Source of the DNA: Chloroflexota bacterium
Lineage (GTDB): Bacteria > Chloroflexota > UBA11872
DNA length: 64,000 nt
Reading direction: 5' to 3'
Assembly: GCA_022821645.1 (NCBI GenBank)
Contig: JAJEDE010000022.1
Location: forward strand, 174,564 to 238,563
The notes under the pieces are model-generated. The model was given only the letters and a program-made list of their open reading frames with translations. It ran no database searches and had not been told where the DNA came from. A program made the position numbers and the translations under genes. Positions 29,638 through 39,570 of the stretch are shown piece by piece. Numbering within the stretch: position 1 is the first letter of the stretch; the number at the start of each line of letters is the position of its first letter.

Positions 29638-30396
29638 ATGGCCGCGCAAACGCTCCGAATCCTGGTCATCGAGGACAACCCCGGCGACGTTCGGTTGCTC
29701 GAAGAGATGCTGGTTCCGACCGGCGACATTCAATACGAAGTCCAGAGCTTCGCCAAGCTCGACAGCGGACTCGACGCCATCGCCGACTACTCGCCATCGG
29801 TGATCCTGCTGGATCTGGGCCTTGGCGAGACTCATGGGCTCGACACGTTCACCGCGGCCCAGGAACGCGCCGGCGACGTTCCGATCGTCATCCTCTCCGG
29901 TCTTGGCGACGAAGCGGTGGCAACGGCGGCGGTTGGCCAGGGCGCCCAGGACTACCTGGTCAAGGGCGAATTCGAGGAAGAACGGCTGCGCCGCACCATT
30001 CGCTACTCGATCGAGCGCCACCGACGCGCCGCGACCGCCGAGGAACGCATCCGCACCCTCGTCGCGGAGGAGCCCGGCTTCGCCGACATCGTTATGAACC
30101 AGCCCGACGGCGTGATCGTGGCCGACTCCACCCGCAAGGTGCTGTTCGCCAACCCGGCCGCCGCCGAGCTGTTCACCGTCCCGGTCGACGACCTGGTCGG
30201 CAGCGAGCTTGAGTTCAACGTGCGTCCCGGCGCCTCGCAGATGGTGCAAATCCGCGAGGACCCCCGAAACCCGAAGTACCTGGAAGCCCACAGCGCCCAG
30301 GCCGTCTGGTCCGGCAGCGACGTGCACGTCCTCACCTTCCGCGAAGGCGAACACATCGGCTTCCTCCGACGCATCCTCAACAGCATCGGGCTCTAG
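29638..30396 (+). CDS. response regulator receiver plus PAS-like domain protein
   Basis: ILVIEDNPGD, ILLDLGL, GAQDYLVKG, then DGVIVAD..FANPAAAELF. Confidence 0.85.
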   Translation: MAAQTLRILVIEDNPGDVRLLEEMLVPTGDIQYEVQSFAKLDSGLDAIADYSPSVILLDLGLGETHGLDTFTAAQERAGDVPIVILSGLGDEAVATAAVGQGAQDYLVKGEFEEERLRRTIRYSIERHRRAATAEERIRTLVAEEPGFADIVMNQPDGVIVADSTRKVLFANPAAAELFTVPVDDLVGSELEFNVRPGASQMVQIREDPRNPKYLEAHSAQAVWSGSDVHVLTFREGEHIGFLRRILNSIGL

Positions 30397-30418
30397 GCGC
30401 CGGTCGGCGAGTCGTCGC

Positions 30419-32470
30419 CTATACCAGTTCGCCGTACAGCCGGTCGATCAAGCGGCAGGCCTCGCCGCGACTGATCGCGGCCCCGGCCTGCTCCGGCGTC
30501 GGCAGTTCCGGCAAACCTCCCATTGACGCCCGGAGGGGCGACGGCTCGGCCATCCACATTTGCACGACGTGCATGAACGCCGACCAGGTGCACGGCGTCT
30601 GATCCTCAAACAGCCCTGTGTCCACCTCGACAGGCCGCCACGGATCCACCGCCCGCCGCGCCAGCCACGCCCACCGCTGCGCCTCTCCTCTGGTAAGCGC
30701 CTCGTCAGGCCGCACGGCGTAGTGCGGGAAGAACCCCCGCGCGCCCCAGAACTGGGCTGCCATTGACAGATCCGCCGCCTGCTCCTCGAACCCCGAGAAC
30801 CCAGCTGGCGCCACATCATCGAAATACGTGATGACCTGTCCCTGCGCCAGCAACTCCCGCTGCATCGCCCCCCGCGGCACGTCCCGGACCCGCACAGCGT
30901 GCTCCAGCGCCAGCGCCGCCGCCTGACCCGCCGCTTCACCCAGCGCCATCCACACCGGCTCCATCCGGATCGTCCCGTAGCCCAGGTGACTGGCCGATAC
31001 CGCCACCGGCGCCAGCAACCCGTCGATTCCCTCCGGCACCATCACCCGATACGGAATTTGGTACGGCACCGTCTCCTCGTGTAGCCCGATAAACCCCTCC
31101 AGCGCAACCCGCCGCCCGTCCGCTTGCTCGTACTCTCCAGGCCCCAGGTCCTCCCGCTGCCGCGTGGCATGCGAGTCGATCTGGTACCCGCCCGACGCCA
31201 CGCTGTCCCAGTGCGTTGGCGAGCGCCCGCCTGAACTGTCCAGCAGCGCGTCGCTGGCGCTGAACAGGTAGCCGCCCAGGATGCGGCAGCCCTCGCGCAC
31301 GTACATCTGCCGCGGGAACCCGCCGTTGTCCTGGAACTCATCCGCCGCCAGCCCCCACGTCCGCGCCGCCTCCCGGAAGTCCGACGGCAATTCGGGGTCG
31401 TTCTGACAGAACCACACCAGCCCCTCGGTATACGCGCGGTGTGCTTCCGCGATCTCCAGGCGACGCTCCGGCCCCGCCTCCGGGTAGTCGTAGTTTGCCT
31501 CGGCCCAGTCGCTGGACGTGAAACAGTAGTGATGGTTGTTCGCATCGGACTTCCTGTTCGGCATCGGCACGAAGTTCAGCACCGCCGTCCCGCCTCGCGG
31601 ACCCCAGAACCCCGGCATCCGTCCGCTCCGCACGTCGTCCACCAACGGCGCATACACACTGCGGTCGTAATCCGCCGGCCGCTCAACGTCACGCCGGTTC
31701 TCTGGATCGTCGGTCAGACACAGCCGGTAGTTGTACGCCTGGATACGCCGGTCAGCTTTCCCGCTGGACCCCGGATACGTCATCCGATCATGAAAGTCCT
31801 GGTACACCACCCCGGCATGCGACTCGCCCAACTCCTCCCGGCCCTCCCGTCCGATCCGGTACGCCGCCCCCGCACCCAGCGCCACGTCCCCCTCATACGT
31901 CGCGTCCACAAAAGCCCGCGCTTCAAGGCGCGCTTGCTCGCCCGTCGCCCGCCCGCTCGCATCCACCGCCGCCAGCGTCACCGCCGTGACCCGCCGCTCC
32001 GGCGTCTCGTCAATCCGTGTAACGTCCGCCCCCGGCTCCGTATGCACCAGCCAGCGCCCGCCTTCCGGCATTGACGCCCCGCCCTCCCAGGCCAGCCGCC
32101 ACCCCCGCCAGACCTCCAGACGCTCCTGTTCCGCAACCAGCTTGTCCAGCAGCCGCTCCGCCACCGAAGGCTCGAACCGGTACCCGTCGTTACAGACCCG
32201 AACCTGCGCCGAGTCCTCGCCGTACGTGGACGCGTAGTGCTCCCGCACCAACCCCACGAACCGCCGGAAAATCCCGCCCACCGACTCGTTCGGCCGGATA
32301 TCCGTCGCCCCCAGACCGCTGGTCATCAACCCGCCCAGGTGCTGCGACGGTTCAACCAGCACCACCTCCAACCCCTCGCGCGCCGCCGCAATCGCCGCCG
32401 CCACCCCCGCCGGCGTCCCCCCGATCACCGCCACGTCGGTCTGCTTCACAGTCCCTGAATCAGCGTGCAT
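30419..32470 (-). CDS. FAD-dependent oxidoreductase (FAD_oxidored family)
   Basis: VIGGTPAGVAAA, GGLMTSGLG, DATYEGD, QAYNYRLCLT, IRMEPVWM. Confidence 0.88.
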   Translation of the reverse strand: MHADSGTVKQTDVAVIGGTPAGVAAAIAAAREGLEVVLVEPSQHLGGLMTSGLGATDIRPNESVGGIFRRFVGLVREHYASTYGEDSAQVRVCNDGYRFEPSVAERLLDKLVAEQERLEVWRGWRLAWEGGASMPEGGRWLVHTEPGADVTRIDETPERRVTAVTLAAVDASGRATGEQARLEARAFVDATYEGDVALGAGAAYRIGREGREELGESHAGVVYQDFHDRMTYPGSSGKADRRIQAYNYRLCLTDDPENRRDVERPADYDRSVYAPLVDDVRSGRMPGFWGPRGGTAVLNFVPMPNRKSDANNHHYCFTSSDWAEANYDYPEAGPERRLEIAEAHRAYTEGLVWFCQNDPELPSDFREAARTWGLAADEFQDNGGFPRQMYVREGCRILGGYLFSASDALLDSSGGRSPTHWDSVASGGYQIDSHATRQREDLGPGEYEQADGRRVALEGFIGLHEETVPYQIPYRVMVPEGIDGLLAPVAVSASHLGYGTIRMEPVWMALGEAAGQAAALALEHAVRVRDVPRGAMQRELLAQGQVITYFDDVAPAGFSGFEEQAADLSMAAQFWGARGFFPHYAVRPDEALTRGEAQRWAWLARRAVDPWRPVEVDTGLFEDQTPCTWSAFMHVVQMWMAEPSPLRASMGGLPELPTPEQAGAAISRGEACRLIDRLYGELV

Positions 32471-32559
32471 GGTCGGTGCCTGCCCTTGCCTGTCGACTTC
32501 CGCGCATCGTTTCACATCGAACCCTCCGTTCGGAAAGCGCAGAGCCCTACCATGGACGC

Positions 32560-32799
32560 ATGGACGGCGGCTTCAACATCGGCGGCCTCGGCCGCCTGCT
32601 CATCATCGCGGGCGGCCTGCTCCTCGCCGGCGGCGTCCTCCTCGTCCTGCTCGGTCAGATCCCCTTCTTCGGCCGCCTCCCCGGCGACATCGCCATCGAA
32701 CGCGAACGCTTCTCCTTCTTCTTCCCCCTCGCCTCCATGCTCATCCTCAGCCTCATCCTCACCATCGTCGTCAACATCATCCTCCGCTTCTTCCGCTAG
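32560..32799 (+). CDS. DUF2905 family membrane protein
   Basis: GRLPGDI.IERERFSFFFPLAS motif with flanking TM helices. Confidence 0.85.
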   Translation: MDGGFNIGGLGRLLIIAGGLLLAGGVLLVLLGQIPFFGRLPGDIAIERERFSFFFPLASMLILSLILTIVVNIILRFFR

Positions 32800-32908
32800 C
32801 CAGAAACGGGATCAAGGCGCGACACTGAGGCCATGGGGCAGATTGGCGTCATCGGGGACCGGTTGCTGCACGGTGACCCCAGCCGGCCGTAGCGTGCGCA
32901 ACAGGGTC

Positions 32909-33841
32909 GTGCAGGAACCAGCCAACCAGGGCACCCTCTTTCCGCCCGTCGCGCGCCCAACACCCGATGTGGCGTCGTGGCCGAGCTACCTTCGGGTCGA
33001 CGATCTGGACCGAGCGCCCTTCGAAGCCGTCAGCCGCCCCCTATTGCTCTGCGGAGACGCCCGCGCAGGACTGGCGTTACTACCCGATGAGTCCGTGCAG
33101 ACCGTCCTGACCTCGCCGCCCTACTGGTCGCTCAGGGACTACCAGGTAGAAGACCAGATCGGTCGCGACGACAGCCTCGACGCATATCTGGACGCCATCG
33201 TGGCCGTCTTCGAGCAAATCCAGCGGGTTCTCCGACCCGACGGCACGGTCTGGCTGAACGTCGGCGACTCATACACGTCCGGCAATCGCAGGTATCGAGC
33301 CCCTGATCGCAAGAACAGCGCCCGCGCCATGAGCGTCCGTCCGCCAACGCCAGAGGGTCTAAAGCCAAAAGACCTGATTGGCGTCCCCTGGCGCTTGGCC
33401 TTTGCGCTTCAGAAAGCCGGCTGGTGGCTGCGCAGCGAAGTGATCTGGCACAAGCCCAACGCCCACCCGGAATCCGCCGGCGACCGCCCCACCAAGGCCC
33501 ACGAAACGCTCTTCCTCCTGTCGAAGCAGCAGGACTATTACTACGAGCAGGAGGCCGTCAAGGGCCCACGCGGCCGCCGACTGCGAACCGTCTGGAACAT
33601 CCCAACGGAACCGCTCCGGCGCACGAACGGCAACCCCGATGACCACCCGGCCATGATGCCGATGTCCCTGGCGCGTCGCTGCCTCTCGATCACCAGCAAG
33701 CGCAACAGCGTCGTGCTCGACCCTTATGCCGGTTCGGGCACCACGCTCTTGGCGGCCCGCGAACTGGAATGTGATTGGGTAGGCGTTGAGATCAAGCCGG
33801 CATTCGTAGATCTGATCGAACGCCGAATGGGCGGTCGGTGA
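32909..33841 (+). CDS. site-specific DNA methyltransferase (beta class, probably N4-cytosine)
   Basis: TSPPY catalytic motif before DPYAGSGTT; WLNVGDSY, IWHKPN, HPAMMP. Confidence 0.92.
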   Translation: MQEPANQGTLFPPVARPTPDVASWPSYLRVDDLDRAPFEAVSRPLLLCGDARAGLALLPDESVQTVLTSPPYWSLRDYQVEDQIGRDDSLDAYLDAIVAVFEQIQRVLRPDGTVWLNVGDSYTSGNRRYRAPDRKNSARAMSVRPPTPEGLKPKDLIGVPWRLAFALQKAGWWLRSEVIWHKPNAHPESAGDRPTKAHETLFLLSKQQDYYYEQEAVKGPRGRRLRTVWNIPTEPLRRTNGNPDDHPAMMPMSLARRCLSITSKRNSVVLDPYAGSGTTLLAARELECDWVGVEIKPAFVDLIERRMGGR

Positions 33842-33915
33842 CGCTCGCAGAACTCAAGGCCAAGCTTGATGCGTCTTAGCCAGAAAAAGTCGAGCTCGGG
33901 ACTGAAAGATTCAGG

Positions 33916-34953
33916 CTAAGGTGCGTCGCCCGCTCGAAGTTCCGCAATCTCGGGGATTTCTAGTAGCTGTTGGAGGGTATCGAGTGAGTACGTGCGACCT
34001 TCAGTGGCGATCACGACATCCGCGAGGGCATTTGGTCGTTCCGACCAGCCTCGACCATCAACGGCCGCACAGGCCAGCAATCCACGGGCTTTCGCTGCAT
34101 TGGCCATGCTCGTGATGCGGGCCGCTTTATCGCGGACAGTACCGCCGTCCTCGCCGACTTTCGATTCAATCGCGATCGTCGGTGAGTTGTCTGGCAACAG
34201 GAAATCCGGACCCGGTGACAGACCAAAAACACGTGCGGTATGGGCAGCACCAGTCGCGCCGGACGCTGCTCGGTAGTAAGGAATGCCATGGTCGTCGAAG
34301 AGATTCGCGATTGGGTTTTCTAAGATTTTGTCGCCTTTTACTTCTGAATAGGCGTCTTGAACTTGTCGCCACACTCCGCCGACATAGCGCTGGTATAGCA
34401 GCGCCGAATAGGGGACACCGCCCGCGTTGGCGGCCACCGTATCCCATCCGCCGACAGTATCGCGCTTGTCCAGCTTGGAGTGAAAGAATTCTTGCACCGG
34501 CTCTGGAACCTGAAGGATGCTCCGCTCCATGATCGCGAGCGCGGTCTCCGCAATTGTGTCGATCATCTCGGTCCGTCTCGCGGGCGGCTCTACTTGCGGG
34601 GCGCTCCTTTCGAATCTCTTAAGAGTGTCTCCCCGAGTCCTTGTTCCTGGTCGCGTGAGTCGCATGGCCTGGGCCAGTTCGTTATAGGTGAACCCCAGGA
34701 TCATCCGGAGCGGTGCCAAGGTATCTGGCGAAGCCGTGAGTGAGGCAACCAACGCCTGCCTGTCGACGTTGGTGAAACTACCTGTATGCGCAGCAAGCTT
34801 TCGGTACGCCTCTGCAAATGCTTCCTCGCCCGCCATCGCATCGCCGCGCGGAATGTAGTGAAAGGACGGCTGCATCGAAGCTATGTAGCTCGTGGTCAGC
34901 AACTCCCTGGCTTCCGCCTGTGCGCTCCCAGTCTTCGAGAGCACGATTGCCAC
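33916..34953 (-). CDS. putative PD-(D/E)xK restriction endonuclease (start uncertain)
   Basis: PDFLLP..IAIESK..DGGTVRDK; lies between two methyltransferases; lower GC. Confidence 0.65.
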   Translation of the reverse strand: MAIVLSKTGSAQAEARELLTTSYIASMQPSFHYIPRGDAMAGEEAFAEAYRKLAAHTGSFTNVDRQALVASLTASPDTLAPLRMILGFTYNELAQAMRLTRPGTRTRGDTLKRFERSAPQVEPPARRTEMIDTIAETALAIMERSILQVPEPVQEFFHSKLDKRDTVGGWDTVAANAGGVPYSALLYQRYVGGVWRQVQDAYSEVKGDKILENPIANLFDDHGIPYYRAASGATGAAHTARVFGLSPGPDFLLPDNSPTIAIESKVGEDGGTVRDKAARITSMANAAKARGLLACAAVDGRGWSERPNALADVVIATEGRTYSLDTLQQLLEIPEIAELRAGDAP

Positions 34954-35017
34954 CGACTGTCGGCGAACCGTCGGGCTCGGCGTGATCCCGGCGCGTGACA
35001 GAACGTCGCGCTCCGAG

Positions 35018-35950
35018 TCAGAAAGGGATGCTGAGCTGTCCTGCTGACTGTTCAATGTGATCGTCAACGAGCCGCTGCCGGGCGATCTCGACGTACTCCT
35101 CGTGGATATCGATGCCTCCCGAGCGACGGCCGTGCCGCCGAGCCAGCACAACTGTCGTTCCCGACCCTGCGAAGGGATCCACAACGATACCGTTGACCGG
35201 GCACAGCGCCTTGACGAAGAATTCGGCCAAACCTTCCGGCATGACGGCCGTGTGTTGACCGGCGGGTCCCTTGTGCTGGTTGTACGTCTGACTCACGGAA
35301 ACGACGTTGCCCGGGTCGGCGCCGCCATGCTCGTAGGTCTTCGTTCGATCTCGACCAAACCCGGCGTCAGTGTTCCGCCGACCATTCGTATCCTTTAGGC
35401 GGCGGGCGATCTCTGCCTGATCCGCCTTGTACGGAATCCGCACGGCGTTAATCTCAAAGTACGGCTTTGGCCCCTTGGAGAAGTGATAGAGATACTCAAA
35501 GCTATCTTTAGTTCTGGGTCCAAATCTGCCCGGGATTGCATTTGGCTTGGACCAAATGTAAGTCTCGATCCAACGCCATCCCATCCGCTGAAGGCTGAGA
35601 ACCAATTCGTAGACGTATGGGTGGCGTTGCCCCCTAAATGGACCGGACTTTGCAACCCGATTCTTGATGTTGATGACAAGAGATCCCGTTTCACTTGTCG
35701 CACCAAGCATGGATAGAGCAAACGGCTTGAACCACGCGACGTATTGGTCGGGACTGATTCTGGAATACGCCCTGGCGTCCGCATATGGTGGCGATGTAAA
35801 GAACAAATCGACGGATCCGGTCGGCAGTCGTTTGAGCCAGTAGGCGGCGTCGCCCCAGACTATGCCTTCGTTGAGCAGCCTGGCGAGCGCGGCGTCGGAA
35901 TCTTGCGGCGGCTCTGGAGCCGGTGGCGCAAGTGCAGCCTCAACGTGCAT
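35018..35950 (-). CDS. site-specific DNA methyltransferase (beta class, probably N4-cytosine)
   Basis: FTSPPY, IWSKPN, HTAVMP, DPFAGSGTT. Confidence 0.92.
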   Translation of the reverse strand: MHVEAALAPPAPEPPQDSDAALARLLNEGIVWGDAAYWLKRLPTGSVDLFFTSPPYADARAYSRISPDQYVAWFKPFALSMLGATSETGSLVINIKNRVAKSGPFRGQRHPYVYELVLSLQRMGWRWIETYIWSKPNAIPGRFGPRTKDSFEYLYHFSKGPKPYFEINAVRIPYKADQAEIARRLKDTNGRRNTDAGFGRDRTKTYEHGGADPGNVVSVSQTYNQHKGPAGQHTAVMPEGLAEFFVKALCPVNGIVVDPFAGSGTTVVLARRHGRRSGGIDIHEEYVEIARQRLVDDHIEQSAGQLSIPF

Positions 35951-36042
35951 GGCAACAATGATAGCGGCTGCCGCAATTGGATGAGTAGCGGGTCAGGTTG
36001 ACGGGCTACCACGGAACTACATCTGCGATCCTATTCGACGCT

Positions 36043-37512
36043 TCACCCCGTAGATTCGCCGTACGCCCCCGGTTCATTCCCTTCCCTTGGCGTCCCCGGC
36101 ACCATCGGCCCGTGCGCCCGTCCCGCGATCAGCCGCGACCCGTCCGTAAATCCTTCCGGCCGGTCCTTCAACCGCTCAATCAGCCGTTCGCGCCAGGGCG
36201 CTAGGTCCGCCGTCCCCGCCAGGTCCCGCGTCTCGTCCGGATCCTCGGCAATGTCGAACAGCTGCTCCCGCCCCGACTGGCTGTGCCAGATGTACTTCGT
36301 CTGCCCGTCCGTGATGAAGTGCCAGGCAGTCTCCGGACGGTTCTTCCCGCCCGAATGCTCCCCGTGCAGCGTCTCCCGCCAACTCGGCGATTCCCCGCGC
36401 ACGAACGGCATCAGGCTGCGCCCCGTCACCGAGTCCGGTATCTCCAGCCCCACGCCCTCCAGGATCGTCGGCATCACGTCCTGCAGCCCCACCGGCTCGT
36501 CGCGCACCACCTGGGTTGGGTACCCCGCCGACGGCGGCCCCAGGACCAGCAATGGCACTCGCGACGCCGCCTCGTACGGCCACGACTTATGGAACAACCG
36601 GTGGTCGCCCAGCATCTCCCCGTGATCCGACACGAACACCACCAGCGTGTCGTCCAGCAGCTGCATGTCGTTCATGTACTGCAACAGCCGGCTGATCTGC
36701 ATGTCCACGTGGTTGATCAGCCCGTAGTACCCCGCCCGGCAGGCGTGCATCACCCGCGCGTCCAGTTCGAGCCCCTGCGAGCGCGCCTCGTGCATCTCGA
36801 TGTCGATCCCCCGCGTCGGCGCCTCCACCGGGTCTGCCCAATCCCCGATCACCGGGCTCGGCAGGTCTCGCCAGTGGTAGCGGTCGTAATAGAACTGCGG
36901 CGGCGTAAACGGCGGATGCGGGTCGATAAACGACACCTTCAGGAAAAACGGTGCGCTCGGATCCCGCCGCTGCAGGAAATTGATCGCTTCCGAGACGCAC
37001 CAGAACGCATGCGTCCGTTCCTCCGGTAGATGACTCGGCCTCCCGATCCACCCGTTCGGCGTCGCCCCGTGCGCCATGGCCCAGCGATTCAGCGGGATCT
37101 CCCCGTGCAGCCAGTCCAGGTAGTCGTTCCCGCCGCCCCGCGTGCTATCCGCCAGCGATATCCGGTCAAATCCGTACCGCTTCCGTTTCGGCGACAGGTG
37201 CAGCTTGCCGCTCAGCCAGGTCTCGTACCCCGCGTTTCGCAACTCGCCCGCCAGCGTCGCCGGCGGGTCCCACCCGGTGTCCGGGTGGTTCTGCAGCATC
37301 CCGTGCGTCGCCGGATCCTGGCCCGACATCAATGTCCGCCGCGCTGGGATGCACTGCGGACACTCCGCGTAGGCGCGGCGGAACCTAGTCCCCGTCGCCC
37401 CAATCTCGTCCATCGCCGGCGTCTGCAACACCGGGTGGTCCTCGATCCCAAGGCAGTCGCCCCGCTGCTGGTCCGTCACCAGCAGCAGCACGTGCGGACG
37501 CCCGGCGCTCAT
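36043..37512 (-). CDS. arylsulfatase-family hydrolase
   Basis: TDQQRGD, CIPAR (CxPxR), GKLH, SDHG. Confidence 0.92.
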   Translation of the reverse strand: MSAGRPHVLLLVTDQQRGDCLGIEDHPVLQTPAMDEIGATGTRFRRAYAECPQCIPARRTLMSGQDPATHGMLQNHPDTGWDPPATLAGELRNAGYETWLSGKLHLSPKRKRYGFDRISLADSTRGGGNDYLDWLHGEIPLNRWAMAHGATPNGWIGRPSHLPEERTHAFWCVSEAINFLQRRDPSAPFFLKVSFIDPHPPFTPPQFYYDRYHWRDLPSPVIGDWADPVEAPTRGIDIEMHEARSQGLELDARVMHACRAGYYGLINHVDMQISRLLQYMNDMQLLDDTLVVFVSDHGEMLGDHRLFHKSWPYEAASRVPLLVLGPPSAGYPTQVVRDEPVGLQDVMPTILEGVGLEIPDSVTGRSLMPFVRGESPSWRETLHGEHSGGKNRPETAWHFITDGQTKYIWHSQSGREQLFDIAEDPDETRDLAGTADLAPWRERLIERLKDRPEGFTDGSRLIAGRAHGPMVPGTPREGNEPGAYGESTG

Positions 37513-37519
37513 GCCGACC

Positions 37520-38563
37520 TCAGGTCCAATCGATCATGATCTTGCCGGTCGTCGCCGAATCCGCCAGCTTGAAGGCCTCCACTGCCTCGTCGATCCGGAT
37601 GCGCTTCGCGATCACGTCCTTCACCGGCAGTTTGTGACGCCGCAGGAAATCCAGCAGGTCCTCCCACTCGTACAGCTTGAATATCCACGAGCCCGTCAGC
37701 GTAATCTCCCGCGCGTTCAACGGAGCGCTCAGCTTGTACACCGTCTCCTCGCCGATCCCGACCTCTACGAAGATGCCGTGCGGCCGCAGCCCTTCCAGCG
37801 CCGCCGTCCGCGCCTGCGTAAAGCCCGAGGTGTCGATCGCCGCATGTACGCCGTCGCCGCCCCCGAACTCACGCATCGCCTCCACCGGGTCCGCCTCCGC
37901 CGCGTTGCACGTGGCGTCGATCCCCAGCTCCTCCGCCATCTCGATCCGGCTCGGCTGCACGTCAATCCCCAGCACCGAGGCCCCCATCGCCCGCGCCATC
38001 ATCACCGTGTACAGCCCCACCGGACCCAACCCGCTCACCGCCAGCGTCATGTCGCCCGACGCCTTCGCCTTTCGTACCGCCCCAAACGCCGTCCCCAGGT
38101 TGCACGCCAGCAGCGCTCCGTCCTCGAAGTCGAAGTCGTCCGGCAGCGGCAGCGTGCTGCGTGCCGGCACCACCACGTAATCGGCGTTCACCCCGTCGCG
38201 CACCCAGTTGAATCCCTGCATGTCGCGACAGAAACCCGGCTCGCCGCGCCGGCAGTGCTCACAGTGCCCGCAGCCGATCAGGTGATAAATCACCACCCGG
38301 TCACCCACGGCCGGATGGGTCACCCCCGGCCCCGTCGCGTCCACCACGCCGGCCCCTTCGTGCCCCAGCGTCAGCTTGCTGTAGCCGTGCTCGTCCCGTT
38401 CGGCTTGGGGCTGCCGGTACTTATGCAGGTCGCTCCCACAGATCGCCGACCCCCTGATCCGAATCCGCACGTCGTCCGGCCCCGGTTCGGGAACTGGCTT
38501 TGTCGTCACTACCACGGTCCGGTCGCCGGGACAGATTAGGCACTGCATCGTGTCTGAGGTCAT
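37520..38563 (-). CDS. zinc-binding dehydrogenase (MDR family)
   Basis: ICGSDLH, GHEGAG, CGHCEHC..C, GLGPVG. Confidence 0.93.
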   Translation of the reverse strand: MTSDTMQCLICPGDRTVVVTTKPVPEPGPDDVRIRIRGSAICGSDLHKYRQPQAERDEHGYSKLTLGHEGAGVVDATGPGVTHPAVGDRVVIYHLIGCGHCEHCRRGEPGFCRDMQGFNWVRDGVNADYVVVPARSTLPLPDDFDFEDGALLACNLGTAFGAVRKAKASGDMTLAVSGLGPVGLYTVMMARAMGASVLGIDVQPSRIEMAEELGIDATCNAAEADPVEAMREFGGGDGVHAAIDTSGFTQARTAALEGLRPHGIFVEVGIGEETVYKLSAPLNAREITLTGSWIFKLYEWEDLLDFLRRHKLPVKDVIAKRIRIDEAVEAFKLADSATTGKIMIDWT

Positions 38564-38846
38564 CGGGGCGTCACTCCCTTCGGCCGTGCACCAAGCAACC
38601 TAGCGTCCCGGCCCCCACCCGTAAACTCCCCGCCTGCCCAGGGCTACTCAGGGACGACGCGCACCCCCGCTCATGGCAAGCCTGTCGACGGGACCGCCCC
38701 TGCGCCGTCAGCCGGCTCGCCACGACCGGGAGTGGACTGGATGGTTATAAAGCTGACTGACAGGAGGGCGGGAGGAGGCCGAAGTTTGAGATAGAGGGTT
38801 GGGCGTGGGTCTGGCCCTGACGAAACCTTCACGGAAGGAAGGCAGC

Positions 38847-38945
38847 ATGAAGCGGAGTGTCTGGATCGCGTTGCTGGGTCTGGCCGTGGCGATCATTCCG
38901 CTGGCCCTGTGGTGGTACCGCATGGAGCGCGAGGCAGCGGCCTGA
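38847..38945 (+). CDS. 32-aa single-pass membrane peptide (not in ORF track)
   Basis: AAGGAAGG RBS; MKRSVWIALLGLAVAIIPLALWWYRMEREAAA; strong hairpin downstream. Confidence 0.6.
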   Translation: MKRSVWIALLGLAVAIIPLALWWYRMEREAAA

Positions 38946-38966
38946 GACCGTAGCCGCCAGTGATGC

Positions 38967-39003
38967 GCGGGGCCGCGTGGACTGATTCCTCACGCGGCCC
39001 CGC
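38967..39003 (+). terminator. 13-bp GC-rich hairpin after the small peptide gene
   Basis: GCGGGGCCGCGTG-N11-CACGCGGCCCCGC. Confidence 0.6.
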
Positions 39004-39330
39004 CCTGTTCAGATCGCAAGAGGTGACAGACCCTCAAGAGAGCTATTGCCCTTGCGGCCCGGCAGCTGACGAGTTGCCGTTCGACTCGGTCGCTTGAAGA
39101 CTCACGTTGGCAGGTTCAGGGCACGTCCAGCACGAACGCCCGGCTGCGGTTGTCCGGAAGACCTCGCACGAATCTCCGCCGCGGCAGTCCGGAGGCGGCC
39201 GCGGCTGATTCTTCGGTCGTGCCCTGATGAAGCGACGACTCGCCCATGGGCGGCTGTCGGAGCAGAGACCATGAGTTGGAGCGCACGCGAGCGTAGGCTT
39301 TAGCACTGGTTGCGGACGTTGGGTAGGCGG

Positions 39331-39543
39331 ATGTCGACTCCAGGGCCGTTGTTTTTCGTGTTTCTCTTGGCGGCGGTGGCGTTTGGGTGGAAGACGGCGA
39401 GCGTGGCGGGGAAGAAGGATCAGCCGGAGCATTGGGGCGAGTTCTGGGTGCCGGCGTGGTTTTTTGTGGGGTTTTTGCTGGGACCGATCGGGCTGCTGAT
39501 TGCAATGTCGCTGGCGGACAAGCCGCCGCGGCCGCCGTATTGA
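39331..39543 (+). CDS. small two-TM membrane protein
   Basis: ASVAGKK..WFFVGFLLGPIGLLIA pattern. Confidence 0.6.
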   Translation: MSTPGPLFFVFLLAAVAFGWKTASVAGKKDQPEHWGEFWVPAWFFVGFLLGPIGLLIAMSLADKPPRPPY

Positions 39544-39570
39544 GGCGGTAGGCGGATCTGAGACCCAGCA

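Noticed and set aside
38815-39270. Hammerhead ribozymes at CUGANGA motifs (about 38817, 39066, 39224)
   Set aside because: No correctly placed stem II-GAAA and closing stems.
39043-39300. Additional coding gene between the small peptide and the membrane protein
   Set aside because: Candidate frames are short, lack an RBS and motifs, and conflict with each other.
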